Shown here piece by piece: positions 9,828 to 20,919 of a DNA stretch of 64,000 nt. The stretch is from Piedraia hortae CBS 480.64. Its lineage: Eukaryota. A program made the translations under genes and the position numbers. The notes below the pieces were generated by a model. That model worked only from the letters and a program-made list of their open reading frames with translations. It was not told where the DNA came from and did not search any database. The DNA is taken from positions 1 to 64,000 of the forward strand of contig MU005987.1 of assembly GCA_010093745.1 (NCBI GenBank), in the 5' to 3' direction. Each line of letters opens with the position of its first letter. The first letter of the stretch is position 1.

Positions 9828-12188
9828 ATGAGTCTTCATCTCATTTCGCGCAACGATGAAATCTACGAAGATGCCATTCTGAGACAGCCGGACAAGGTGC
9901 AGCCATGGCTAGACTATGCGCAGTTTAAGCGGCAGCATGGGACAATCTTGGAGCAGGTGTTTGTGTTAGAGCGCGCCGCCGTCGCTCTGCCGCGCAGCTA
10001 CAAACTGTGGAAGATGTACCTGGACCTGCGCGTTGGCCATTTAAAAGGCCGCAATCCCGCACGCAACAAGGCTGAATTTCACAAGGTCAATGCTCTCTTT
10101 GAACGGGCGCTGATTCTGCTCAACAAGATGCCACGCATATGGGAAATGTATCTTACGTTCTTGTGCCAGCAGCCGCTCGTCACGTTTACAAGGCGCGCCT
10201 TTGATCGCGCACTCAGAGCGCTGCCGCTGACCCAGCACCGACGCATCTGGTCTCTTTATAGACCGTTTGCCAATTCAGTGGGCGGGGAATCGGCGGTGCG
10301 GGTGTGGCGACGCTACGTCGGAGTGCATCCAGAACACATGGAGGCGTACATTGAGCTGCTTGTGCGGGAGCAGAAATACGTCGAGGCTGTGCAACGATAC
10401 GTGGAAATGCTTAACAATCCGCGCTTTGTGTCCAAAGAAGCCAAGGGTCCGTTTGAAAACTGGGCCGATATGCTGGAAATCATCATCGACAATGCCAGGG
10501 TGGTTCCTAATCCGATACCGTTACCGAATGGGGGCACTTTGAATGTAGAGACGCTTGTGCGGTCAGGGTTGAAGCAGTTTCCGGACCAGAGCGGGATCCT
10601 CTGGGTCGGCCTGGCAAGATACTACATCAACCTGGGCTCGTATGAGAAAGCGCGCGACGTTTTCGAGGAGGGCATCACCACCGTGTTGACTGTCCGCGAC
10701 TTCTCCGTCGTCTTCGACACCTATGCCGAGGCAGAGGAAGCCCTGATCGGGATCAAACTAGAAGAATCCGCCGCAAGGCAGGAAAATAACACCGTAGACA
10801 GCGCCGCCGACGTCGACTTGGACGTGCGGATGATGCGTTTCGAGCAACTCATGGACCGACGACCCTTCCTCGTCAACGACGTTTTGCTCCGTCAAAACCC
10901 CAACAACGTATCCGAATGGCTCAAACGGGTCGCCCTCTGGGGCACCAACCAAAAAATGGCAATCCAAACCTACACCGACGCCATCGCGACCATCAACCCA
11001 AAGGCCGCAATCGGTCGTTTCTGCGACCTCTGGGAATCCTACGCTCAATTTTACGAATCCCACAACGACCTCCCCTCCGCGCGCATCATCTTAAACAAAG
11101 CAATCAAAGTCCCTTACAAATCCATCACCGAGCTCGCGGACATCTATATTTCGTGGGCGGAACTGGAACTCCGCGCTGGATCTCTCTCCGGCGCGACAAC
11201 CCTCCTCGCGTCAGCGACCAAGTCCCCCCGGCGAAGCACGGTCTCCTACTTCGACGACTCCCTCCCCCCCCAAATCCGAATCCACAAATCCTGGAAACTC
11301 TGGTCCTATTACATCGACCTCGTCGAATCCACCTCTCCCCTGGCGTCCATACGCCCCCTCTACGAGAAAGTCTTTTCCCTGGGAATCGCAACCCCCCAAA
11401 CAGTGGTCAACTACGCCCTCCTCCTCGAATCAAACGGATACCACGAATCCTCCTTCAAAATTTACGAGCGGGGGTTAGCGCTATTCACCTATCCCACCGC
11501 CTTCGAACTCTGGAACCTCTACCTCTCAAAAGCAATCGACCGCAAAATCTCAATCGAACGGCTTCGCGACTTGTTCGAACAGGCGCTGGATTCCTGTCCT
11601 CCGAAGTTCGCGAAGCCGCTTTACCTCATGTACGGCGCGCTGGAGGAGGAACGGGGCCTAGCGAGGCATGCAATGCGCATCTACGAGCGCGCGACGAGGA
11701 GCGTTGCGCCCGAGGACGCAGCGGAGATGTTTGAATACTATATCACCAAGTCGGCGAGTAATTTTGGGTTGACGGCTTCAAGGCCCGTGTACGAGAAGGC
11801 GATTGCCACACTGCCGGACAAAGAGGCGGTTAAGCTGTGTGTGAAGTTTGCGGATATGGAACGACGGTTAGGGGAAGTGGACAGAGCGAGGGGGATTTAT
11901 AGACATGCTGCGCAGATGGTTGATCCACGGGCTGATGAGGGGGGTTTTTGGAATAGGTGGGAGGAGTTTGAAGTGAGGCATGGGAATGAGGATACGTATA
12001 GGGATATGTTGAGGGTTAAGAGGGCTGTGATTGGGAGATTCGGGTGCGATGTGCATTTTGTGGCGAGGACAGCGGTTGAGAGGGTGAAAATGAGGGGGCA
12101 GGTGGGTTTCGTGAAGGCGCAGGAGGGTGAGGGGGGGAAGGAGAATGTCAAGGGGAATGAGGATGAGGTTGAGTTGGAGGAGTTGTAG
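9828..12188 (+). CDS. SYF1: Pre-mRNA splicing factor Syf1 (HAT repeats)
   Basis: LPRSYKLWKMYL, RFEQLMDRRPFLVNDVLLRQNPNNV, RIHKSWKLWSYYIDLVES, FEVRHGNEDTYRDMLRVKR. Start is ATG 9828 or 9741. Confidence 0.93.
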   Translation: MSLHLISRNDEIYEDAILRQPDKVQPWLDYAQFKRQHGTILEQVFVLERAAVALPRSYKLWKMYLDLRVGHLKGRNPARNKAEFHKVNALFERALILLNKMPRIWEMYLTFLCQQPLVTFTRRAFDRALRALPLTQHRRIWSLYRPFANSVGGESAVRVWRRYVGVHPEHMEAYIELLVREQKYVEAVQRYVEMLNNPRFVSKEAKGPFENWADMLEIIIDNARVVPNPIPLPNGGTLNVETLVRSGLKQFPDQSGILWVGLARYYINLGSYEKARDVFEEGITTVLTVRDFSVVFDTYAEAEEALIGIKLEESAARQENNTVDSAADVDLDVRMMRFEQLMDRRPFLVNDVLLRQNPNNVSEWLKRVALWGTNQKMAIQTYTDAIATINPKAAIGRFCDLWESYAQFYESHNDLPSARIILNKAIKVPYKSITELADIYISWAELELRAGSLSGATTLLASATKSPRRSTVSYFDDSLPPQIRIHKSWKLWSYYIDLVESTSPLASIRPLYEKVFSLGIATPQTVVNYALLLESNGYHESSFKIYERGLALFTYPTAFELWNLYLSKAIDRKISIERLRDLFEQALDSCPPKFAKPLYLMYGALEEERGLARHAMRIYERATRSVAPEDAAEMFEYYITKSASNFGLTASRPVYEKAIATLPDKEAVKLCVKFADMERRLGEVDRARGIYRHAAQMVDPRADEGGFWNRWEEFEVRHGNEDTYRDMLRVKRAVIGRFGCDVHFVARTAVERVKMRGQVGFVKAQEGEGGKENVKGNEDEVELEEL

Positions 12189-12434
12189 ACTACTTCGTTG
12201 TAAGTGGGGATGGAGGGGGGGTGTATATTAGGTTTATAGATGTTGTGGATGTGCATTCTTTGGGTGGGACTGTTATCCCCTCAAATCAACTTCTGATTTG
12301 ACATCATCGTGGGACAGTTTAAAAAAAAACCCCCTAACAGCGAACAAGACTGGGAATAAATCATGATCTCATAAAAACTTTCATTCCAAAAAGAAAAAAA
12401 AAAAAAAAAACGGGTTCTCGGGTATCACCTTTTC

Positions 12435-15400
12435 TCATGTAGAATTGGCCTGATGATCCTGTTCTGCCAATTCCGCTCTTTCGCGTTCAAGCTCATCCGC
12501 ACGATCAATCGCTCCTTTGATGACTTGTTTGTCTTCCTCTTTCAGACTGTTGATCAATGAGTTGTAGAGCTGGGAGTCTTGGAGGGAGAGTGCTATTATT
12601 TGTCAGTAAACCACACAGCAGGGGATTACCTAAACTCACCATGCAAAGCAGACTTAAACAGTCCGTAAACTTCGACTTTGTCAAGGGGCGAGTCGAGGAG
12701 ATCTTCTTCGAGAGCGTCATCCTCATCATCATCGTCATCTTCAAGGTTGTTGGCCTGTCGACCTAGGAAATCTAGGTACACCTCCCTTTCGCCGCGGACA
12801 TCACCGTCATCTTCGTTTTCCCATTCGCCATCGGCTGCGAAATCTTCTATGACGTCGCCGGCCGTGGGGCCGAGGTCTTCTTCTTGTCGAGCTTCGTTGC
12901 GGGTTTGCTCAGCTTGCGGCAGGGCACGGAAGAGGGCGACTAGACCATCCATCAGCCGTGGCCAGCCTGGTCGCACGCTCGCGGGAATTTCCTCAGTTCG
13001 TAGTCCCAGCAGGGAACTAATCCCGACGATACACAGCTTTTTATCATTAAATCGTGTGAACATCTCCATGTGCGCGAACCAGATGCCAAAGAACCTATCA
13101 GTCCATCCGCCGCCTTCAAGCACGCGCATGGCGAGCCGTGGGTTGTAGTACACAGCATTGATAACCATCTCCATCAGATGGACCCGATAGCTCTTACTCT
13201 TGTAGCCCTCGCGGAGTAGTTCTCCCATGGCGATGGCGATTAATTCTGGTATATAGTGATCAATACCGCCCCGGAGGTTCAGCATCATGATTTCTGCCAG
13301 TCTGCAGCCGCAGATTTTGTCTCCGCCGCCTCCCCTGGTATCGACGAAGATGGTGCGTGTCATGTCCATGACGGCGTCCAGGAACGGCGGGTTCTGCAGC
13401 AGGGCCGAGCCGCCGTATGTCACAAAGTTCTCCAGCGCAGGCAGCATGTCCTCCAGATACAGCTCCGCCCCGGCTTTGTATGTCTGGTGCATGAGGCTAA
13501 ATGCCGTCCACATGTAGGGCGAAATCGCCTTGGAGCTGAACGTGCACGAATCGATAATCTCAAAGATTTCGTTGTACAAATCATACAGCTTGTGCTGTAG
13601 GGTGACGGTAATGAGCGGTAGGAGGATTTCTTCCAAATGGGAAACAACCGACGGTTTGCTCTCCAACGTCAGGATCAGAGTGCCGATAGTCTGCAACACG
13701 CCGAGCGCTGTGATGCTCTTGTCGTCCATGTAATCCGCCACTTCCTCGTCCTTCTCCTGGTTCCGAGCAATCATCTCGCCCACGATTCTGAGATAAGTGT
13801 CTTTAAGCTGTACAGTCAACGCCACGGCAAACGGTGCGAGTTCCTCGGCAAATACTCCAACAAACTCCTCCATCACGTTGGCCAATGCATCTACGTCAAC
13901 CTCGTTGGTCAGCTTAAGCAGCTGCTGCATGACCTGCGGAATGTTCTGCTGCATCAAGGCCTTGATGGGCTCATGGCGGATGAGCGACTGCAGAGCCAAA
14001 GCAGCCGCGACACGAACAGGGAGACATTCGTCTGCCATGCTTTCCAGGATGTTCCTGTAGACAACGACGAGGTTGTTCCCATCAGCAAAGTTGAGCTTCT
14101 CAAACCGCTCCAAAGTAGTGCAGGCTCTCGCACGTAGGAATCCATGCGGACTTCTAAACTCTGGAAAGACGTGACGCACAAAGAAATACTCAACCTGGTC
14201 CGCAATCGGGCTCTTGGGACCCAGGATGGTATCGGCAAGAGTACCAATCATCCGCAACGCGCCCTCCTTTTCCCGCGCATTCTTCGACTCTTCTGGAGCC
14301 GCCTCATACGCATTAACGATGTTGTTGACAAAGCTCAGCACCTCAAACACCTGCTTCCGCCGGTGCTTGGCCAGGACCGTTAAGAAGCTCTGGGCCGACA
14401 TGTCTGGCGAATACGTCTCTTCGAAGAAATTGAGCTTCCGGTGGAGATATTCTGCCGGATCGTCGTCAAACTGCTCCAGATCTTCATTCGACTGACACAT
14501 GACGGGGAAGATGAGGTGGGAGATCAGAACCTTCATGTGTGGACGGAGATGATCCCACGTAGCCTTCGGCCGGACGCATTCCTCCATAAAGGCCAGCGTC
14601 GACGCTAGACAGTGCTTGCTGAGCCATTGCTTTCTCTGCACCCATTTCTCAATCTCTGCAAAGTAGCTTTTGAGTATCTCTGGCGCAAAGTTTGTGATGA
14701 ACGACTCGGCCACCTTGATATACTCATCACCGCTGCTCTTGCCAAGACTGACGGGGTTTCCATAGCGTATGAACAGTCGATTTAGGTTGCCGTAGGCCGC
14801 TTTCTTCGCCTTCCACCAGTGATTTAGCTCCCGCTCTGCTATATCGTCCATCATCGAGCATTCCGGCGGCTCCTTGGCAACGACCTGCAGAAACAGCGTG
14901 CACCAGTTGACCATGGCATCATGCGGCCGCAACGGAGCCGGCAGCTCGAAATAAATCGCCTGTCTATACGCCTTGAGCGTAATCCTTAGCATCTCCCCGG
15001 CCTCCATACTGTTCTCAGCGACCAAACTCGTCGCAATCTGGTGCATCTGCGGAAACGTCGCCGCAACAATCTGATCAAACTCTGCCCTCGAATCGCCCAT
15101 CTTAAGTCGATAAACGCGACAGATGCCCAACAAACACTGCAGACCCGCAAAAACCGACGACACATCTCTTGTATTCAACAACCCAAGCGTCAGATCCACA
15201 AACTGAGGCCACTGTTTCGGAAAATCACAGTTCAACACTTTCTGCAACGCAACAACCAGCTGCGCCCGTGTGTTCGCCGGCGCCCTCGCCAACGCCGGCA
15301 CAAGTCTCGGCCTCACAACCGCCTTCTCCTGCTCGGTGATCGCATTTCCGCCCCCATACATCAACCAACCCCTGTTAATCCTATTCTTAAAGTAAACTAC

Positions 15401-15571
15401 GCACGCGACGCGGACGGCATTATCCTGTTCCGTCTCGAGCACGTCCAGCAGCGCATTCAAAAACCCAGTCTGCTTCTCCGCCGCCTGGAGCTGCGCCTCG
15501 GCATGTTGTCGCACTTCAGCATTCCCATCAAGCGTTGCCTGGATGCCGCTTCGAAGCTGCGAAGCGTCCAT
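12435..15571 (-). CDS. Importin-beta family karyopherin (importin-7/8, Nmd5/Sxm1-like)
   Basis: IBN_N start (QATLDGNAEVRQHAEAQL..VYFKNRI), HWWKAKK, EKEGAL, VRHVFPEF..PHGFLRARAC and an acidic C-terminal loop. One intron near 12594-12639; the last exon ends in TGA at 12435. Confidence 0.9.
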
Positions 15572-15879
15572 GGCCGGATCGCGCAACCTTTCTTTCTCCG
15601 CCCCTCTATTCCCCCCCGGTCCGTGTGGCGTTAAAACCGCTACAGATGATAAAAAATTCCTCGAAACGCAAATTCGATCCCGCGGCGGAAAGATCAAATA
15701 ACCTTCCGCTCGATGATATGCCTTTAGCGATGCCGTTGCCTCTACACGGAGTGTCACGACTGCGTTGACATTTGGTGCCCAGATTAGTCACGTCGAGGGT
15801 CTCTCGTTAGGGTTAGGACTTTTGACAAATCCCTTGGTGAGGTAAGCAATCGCGGGGTATACTCCCAAAGTTCCTATTC

Positions 15880-16862
15880 CTACAGAAGACATTCATACTG
15901 GTTAGAGGCTAGCCACAGACACATCAGCGTCAGATCCTCGTGCAGTCTGCTCCGGTCTTGCTCTTGCAGTCTGACTTTTCCTTCTCTTGCTAAGCGCGGT
16001 AAGATCTCTGTCCCACCGTTAACTCGGAGAAATAATTTTTTTTTGAAGAAATATATATTGACATACCGAATAGTCTGATCAGATATGCGCATCTGTATAC
16101 TTGGATAGGAAAGACGTTCAGATGGGCCTGCTTGTATCCTATCCACATTTCCTTTTCGACAGAGGTGTAGAGCATTTCGGTTTCAAAGTGAATGTAGAAG
16201 ACTTGTTCAACAATGGATATTGCCCTTTCGATCCGTGCCAGTTTGCAGGGTGGCTGGATTGCGGCCATGTGGGCCCGGAAGGCAGCGAGGAAGGCGGAAA
16301 CTGTCACCCTGCCTCCACCGTAGTTTTCCGGTAGGTAGCGTTGCAGGGTGGGCGGAAGAATGGGCCAGATGTCGATTTCGAATGGTGGGGCGCGTGCATT
16401 ATTAGCTAGAGCCATTTTGAAAAGTGTTGTTGGGTGTTGTGCTTTTGATTTTGGTGAAGATGATACTGTATGTGTATGTGGCACGCCAAGCGTTTTGGCA
16501 GTGTTGACCACAGCTCTGTGTTTTCGGAAAGAGCCAGGTGCTTTGCTTTGCTGACAATCTTTTGCTGTGTCATGCGGCGGGGGGTGTTCCAATCCTGACG
16601 TGTCATATCCAGGTGCATCGGTCATGACAATGTCAGTGGCCTGTTCTGTCTGGCTAGGAGCCTCATTGGGCCGCGTCTTACTCCGTTTGCGAGATCTTGT
16701 TGTTACTGTTTCAAGTGACCTCTTTCGCTCGGATAAGCCATGAAATATGTTGAATGTGAAGTCATCTCTACACTCGACAAGTTTTGCGGATGGTCTTCGG
16801 ACACGTGTAGAACGTCGCGACGAGGAGTTGTAACTTCTTTGCTCGAGTCCCGCCGTTCGCAT
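15880..16862 (-). CDS. Divergent MRG-domain protein (Eaf3/MRG15-like C-terminal domain, no chromodomain)
   Basis: Splicing intron 16008-16066 (gtatgt..ttaac..cag) gives FYIHFETEMLY..EK...PIQVYRCAYLIRLF|EILPRLA...LHEDLTLMCLWLASN, matching the MRG core pattern. The N-terminus is basic and low-complexity. Confidence 0.6.
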
Positions 16863-17121
16863 GTCACCGGATCCAACTTTGAAGTTTGGGCTGACTTGGG
16901 GTGTTGTGAAAAGTTTGTTAGTCAGGCGGCAGCGTTCGCCACTGCCCCTGCAGCCAATTACCCACCTTTCTCTCGTATAAAATTTGGACGTTTGTCCGAC
17001 AGATAATAATTGGTTGGGTTAGTATAACAGTAGCTATCATCACACATCACATCTATGCGCACATCTAATGTGTATCATGCCATAACACAACGCTCAAACG
17101 CTATCATAACACCACTGCTGC

Positions 17122-18843
17122 TCACCGCATTGCATGCCAGAAATGGTTCGGCCAAACAGCTTGATACTCCTTCTTCTCCATGGTGACGAGATCTCTCCAC
17201 TGTGCAAACGTCATCCGCAATGGAGCAGGCACCGTCGACAAAAGGCCAAAATAAGGCTCAAGTAAAGGCCGCATCTTAAGAGGCCAATTTGGGCAGTCTC
17301 CGTCAAACCCAATCCAGTCCATGAGTTCCTGCAGCCACAATTCCATAGCACGGTTACCTGCCGCGCCTAGGTAATGTGCAAGCACGCGCAGATACGTTTT
17401 TGTCTTATCACACGGCACACCGTCATCCGGAAACAGCAGTTGGACAAATTTATCGCGCGCGTGTTGATATGGAAGAACAATCTCTTCCTCATCGTCGCCA
17501 TCGTACCATCGCCAGTCCAGGAACTTCACGCCTCTCAGCTCCCCGCAGACAAGGTCTGTGAATGCATTTGTGGAAAAAGACTCTTCGCTCAGCCATTCTA
17601 CTGCAAACGCCCTTCTAGCGACCTCTGCAACTTCTTCAACCGTGCAATGGGCCAGCCGACCTTTTAGACCCATGAGCATATCACCCTCCAGAGCCTCGAC
17701 CCAGACGCATTCGGCAAACTCAGACATCGGCATTTCCGGATGGAGCAAACGCACCGACGCGTAACCAAGGAAAAGCAAAATCGTAGACTGAACAAGCGTA
17801 TTCCAAGGGTGTCCGTACGCTGTACCAACATGTTTCCTCAGAAACAGTCCATCATCACGGAAGATTTTTGTATTCACCAGTCCCTCATATACAAAATCAA
17901 AGTATGCATCATACGTCTTCTCTGTCCCCTCGAAAATCTGCTCGCGAAGCATATTAATTGCAACCCGCACCATCCACGGATTGATACTCGAATCAAAATC
18001 CCGAACTTTGAAATGCAGAAACCTGTCATAACGCGCGAACCTCTTCCAGATCTTCTCAGATCCCCCACTAAGCATCCCCCTTCTCACCGCAATCGGAAAC
18101 TCGCCACCAGCGTAAGCGTCCATAACCCTCCTCGCCGTAATCGCAGTAAGCCTCAAATCCCGATAACTAGGCGTAAACTCCAACCTCCCCACGGCAGGAA
18201 CCGCCATCTTCGCATCCAAACTCCCCCTCTCCACCACAGCTCCCCTCCCCCCCAACCTCGCATACTCAATCTCAACCCTCTGACCCTCCATCAACCTCCC
18301 AAAAACCTCCTCCGCCTCCATAACCGCAACCTCCATCCCCTTCTGAACCTTCATATCCTTCCGAAGACACACCACACCCGCAAAACCCTCCTTAACCCCA
18401 ACCCCCTCCAGCTCCCCTCGTCCCGGAAAGGGCACCAAACGATCCAGTTTCATCAAATCAGCAGTATAATAAACCGCATCCCCTAGTCCGCCCAGATACC
18501 TCTCCCCGGGCAAATAACCCGGATGATCAAACCTTCCCAAAATCGCCATTTGAATGGGCGTGCAACTCTCCACAAACTTGTAGTCGTTGACGTTAAAAAA
18601 CGGAATCGGCGGCGCGCTGATTGAGGCGAATGTGTGGATTATTGGATCCGGAGGGGAAAAGGTTATGCATGTGGAGGCGGATTTAAGTTTGCAGGTATTG
18701 TCGACTTGCTCGATGGTGATGTGTTGGAATTGGCGGCGGAGGTGAGTGAGGGCGTTGAATTGTTCTTGGACACGGCTGAGAGGAGGTGGTTTGGGGTCGT
18801 GCGGGGCCGTGGAGGGGTTGGGCTTGCGTTTTAACGTGCCCAT
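17122..18843 (-). CDS. Endogenous viral element: RdRp-like protein of dsRNA mycovirus type (Durnavirales; unirnavirus/Curvulaviridae-like) with degenerate catalytic motifs
   Basis: Uninterrupted, intronless 573-aa ORF with RLGGRG, GRL..SYRDL, FPIAV, KVRDFDSSINPWMV (motif A), RDDG..KHVGTAYGHPWNTLVQS (motif B), EALEGDMLMG (motif C), KFL (motif E) and HYLGAAGN. Confidence 0.8.
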   Translation of the reverse strand: MGTLKRKPNPSTAPHDPKPPPLSRVQEQFNALTHLRRQFQHITIEQVDNTCKLKSASTCITFSPPDPIIHTFASISAPPIPFFNVNDYKFVESCTPIQMAILGRFDHPGYLPGERYLGGLGDAVYYTADLMKLDRLVPFPGRGELEGVGVKEGFAGVVCLRKDMKVQKGMEVAVMEAEEVFGRLMEGQRVEIEYARLGGRGAVVERGSLDAKMAVPAVGRLEFTPSYRDLRLTAITARRVMDAYAGGEFPIAVRRGMLSGGSEKIWKRFARYDRFLHFKVRDFDSSINPWMVRVAINMLREQIFEGTEKTYDAYFDFVYEGLVNTKIFRDDGLFLRKHVGTAYGHPWNTLVQSTILLFLGYASVRLLHPEMPMSEFAECVWVEALEGDMLMGLKGRLAHCTVEEVAEVARRAFAVEWLSEESFSTNAFTDLVCGELRGVKFLDWRWYDGDDEEEIVLPYQHARDKFVQLLFPDDGVPCDKTKTYLRVLAHYLGAAGNRAMELWLQELMDWIGFDGDCPNWPLKMRPLLEPYFGLLSTVPAPLRMTFAQWRDLVTMEKKEYQAVWPNHFWHAMR

Positions 18844-20919
18844 TCAATAATTGTCGTTTTGGTGGTTTTTACATGCAGAAGGCGGGTTGACGTTTAGGTG
18901 CGGGTCGGGCCGCGCCGGCGGGCGAGGTTCAAATTTGGGTTCGGTGGTTTTTTGTAAAGTGCAGCTCCCGTTAGATGTGCCGGCTTTTGGGTGTTAGAGT
19001 TCAATTCGGGGGTCTGGGTGGTATGGAGAAAAAAATTTTCCCTCCACATAGGGATTGCATCTCCATGATGTTGATCTGTAAACATATAGGATGAAACCCC
19101 ATAACCAAAGGTGGCTTCACAGGTTGAATGATCGACAATATGCTTCTTTGCACTGCCGTTGTGATTTGGTCTGGCCTGGTCATCGACTGGTCTAGAACTT
19201 CGTCGTTCGTGATGATGACAAATGGGAAGATGCGGTAACGAGGACAATCACTAGGAAAACAGATTCGAATGTCTCTATGGCAACCATCCTTTCTATAGCA
19301 AATGATATATGACGTTATGCCATAGGTTAGCCCAGATGCAGAAGGAGGGATTCTTTACGTTGGTCTGCCGGCACGTGATTGCCAAGACATTCTTCCCCAC
19401 CTCACGCTCACCTTTTTTTCTCAACCTTCTTTTACCATGTCAAAGAATAAACCTGCACCTTTCCCATAGTCATGTTCTCCGCACCCGCCGATCAAGTTCC
19501 AGTCACCCTGCCACTTTGGCAGATAACGGCTGGCCTCGTGAACATCACCGTTTCTGCAAGCCTCGTCAACAGAAAACCGCCTGACTGTGTCGGCCGTTGC
19601 GACAATGATGGAAGTTTCCAATGACCCTCCGCTCGCCCAGTACATCCAGGCGAAAAAAAGGTAGTTTTACAATGTTGACTGCGAAATCACTGTGCTGACT
19701 GGCCCGTAGGGATATGCCTCAAATCAGCAGGTCCGAATGAGGGCTCCACACATCTGTTCTCCCATGCCATGGTAGTCAGGCAAGAAGTTGCTGGCCGCGT
19801 GCTGTCGGTGTCTGCGAATTTCCAGGACAGACCGATGACAGTACAGGTGCCACTTAAGTATATCTGCGCAGGCTATTGGCTCTCTCCGCCGGAGCGAACA
19901 AACCGGGAACCTCATTCGCCCGTGTTGGGGCAGCCGCTCACAGCTGGGGTCAAAGGCTGAGTGGCTTGCATTTGACAGGTTCTGCAAAAGGTTCTCTGCC
20001 GTGTCAATCCGCAGTTAAGGTATATTCACAATGTTGGCTCCAGAATCATTGTGCTGACTGGCTCGTAGAGATACCAGCAGATCAGAATTCAAGTTACGTG
20101 CGACAACCGCTTTACAAACAGATGACTAACTACAGACGGATGACCGGCGAGTGTGCGGAGGTTCCAAGTTATTAGGGATTAAATTTGCCAGCAAATATGG
20201 CAAAATTGCACGACGATGCTAAGTACTAGTGCAAACCTCGATGATTATAGTACGCCGTCGACCTCAATTTGAAGCTACAGTAGTACCTAAGATTATAATT
20301 AGCTAAGTCATGGAACCTGCAAGGGGTAGTGGCCGAGATTGTCTGGCCCAGAGAACGAGCACTTCGAGTATCCCAGTGTTTTGTTCTTCTACCATCTATA
20401 TTGAGTCTCAGTCTTCGCTGCGTTCACAATGAGATTCGTGTGAGACAACATCCAAGACACCCAGTGAAGCGCATACCCTGGCAGAATATGTATATCCAAA
20501 GCTCTACGTCTGCTCAGCATCACCACGATGTCCATATGGCCGCGCGCTCAAATGTGACAAACAACTGGACAATGTTGAGTTTTGGGTAGACGGCTACGTT
20601 AGCGTAGGATGACAATCCGTGACAGCACCGCGTCGAGCTAATTCACACAGCATCAATCCTCAAAATCGCCGGATTCGCCGCGTAACAGGCCCGTGATGAC
20701 AGCATATCAAGCTGATTCACACGGCAGGAATCCTCAGCATCGCCCGATCCGCCGCGGGGCAGGTCCGTGCCAAGGCCCCTGGACTGCACCGAAGTATCAG
20801 ACATGCCAACACAATCGTTTTCCAATCCCCTCTCCAAGCAAACACCGAAAACTTATCAAGACTCCAACAACTTTCAAGCGGACGCAGTGCTTCTCCGCGT
20901 TCAGAGCCTTTGTGCCTTC

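Noticed and set aside
15807..15817. Interstitial telomeric repeat TTAGGGTTAGG
   Set aside because: Fewer than two units; expected by chance.
17740..18486. 248-aa ORF antisense to the RdRp-like gene (possible ambisense viral ORF)
   Set aside because: Pro/His/Asn low-complexity product expected from the C-rich skew block; similar shadow ORFs occur at 10916-11734 and 15041-15634.
18894..19247. Upstream ORF as a viral ORF1/capsid partner of the RdRp
   Set aside because: Short, non-ATG start, no recognisable similarity; a profile search would be needed to exclude it fully.
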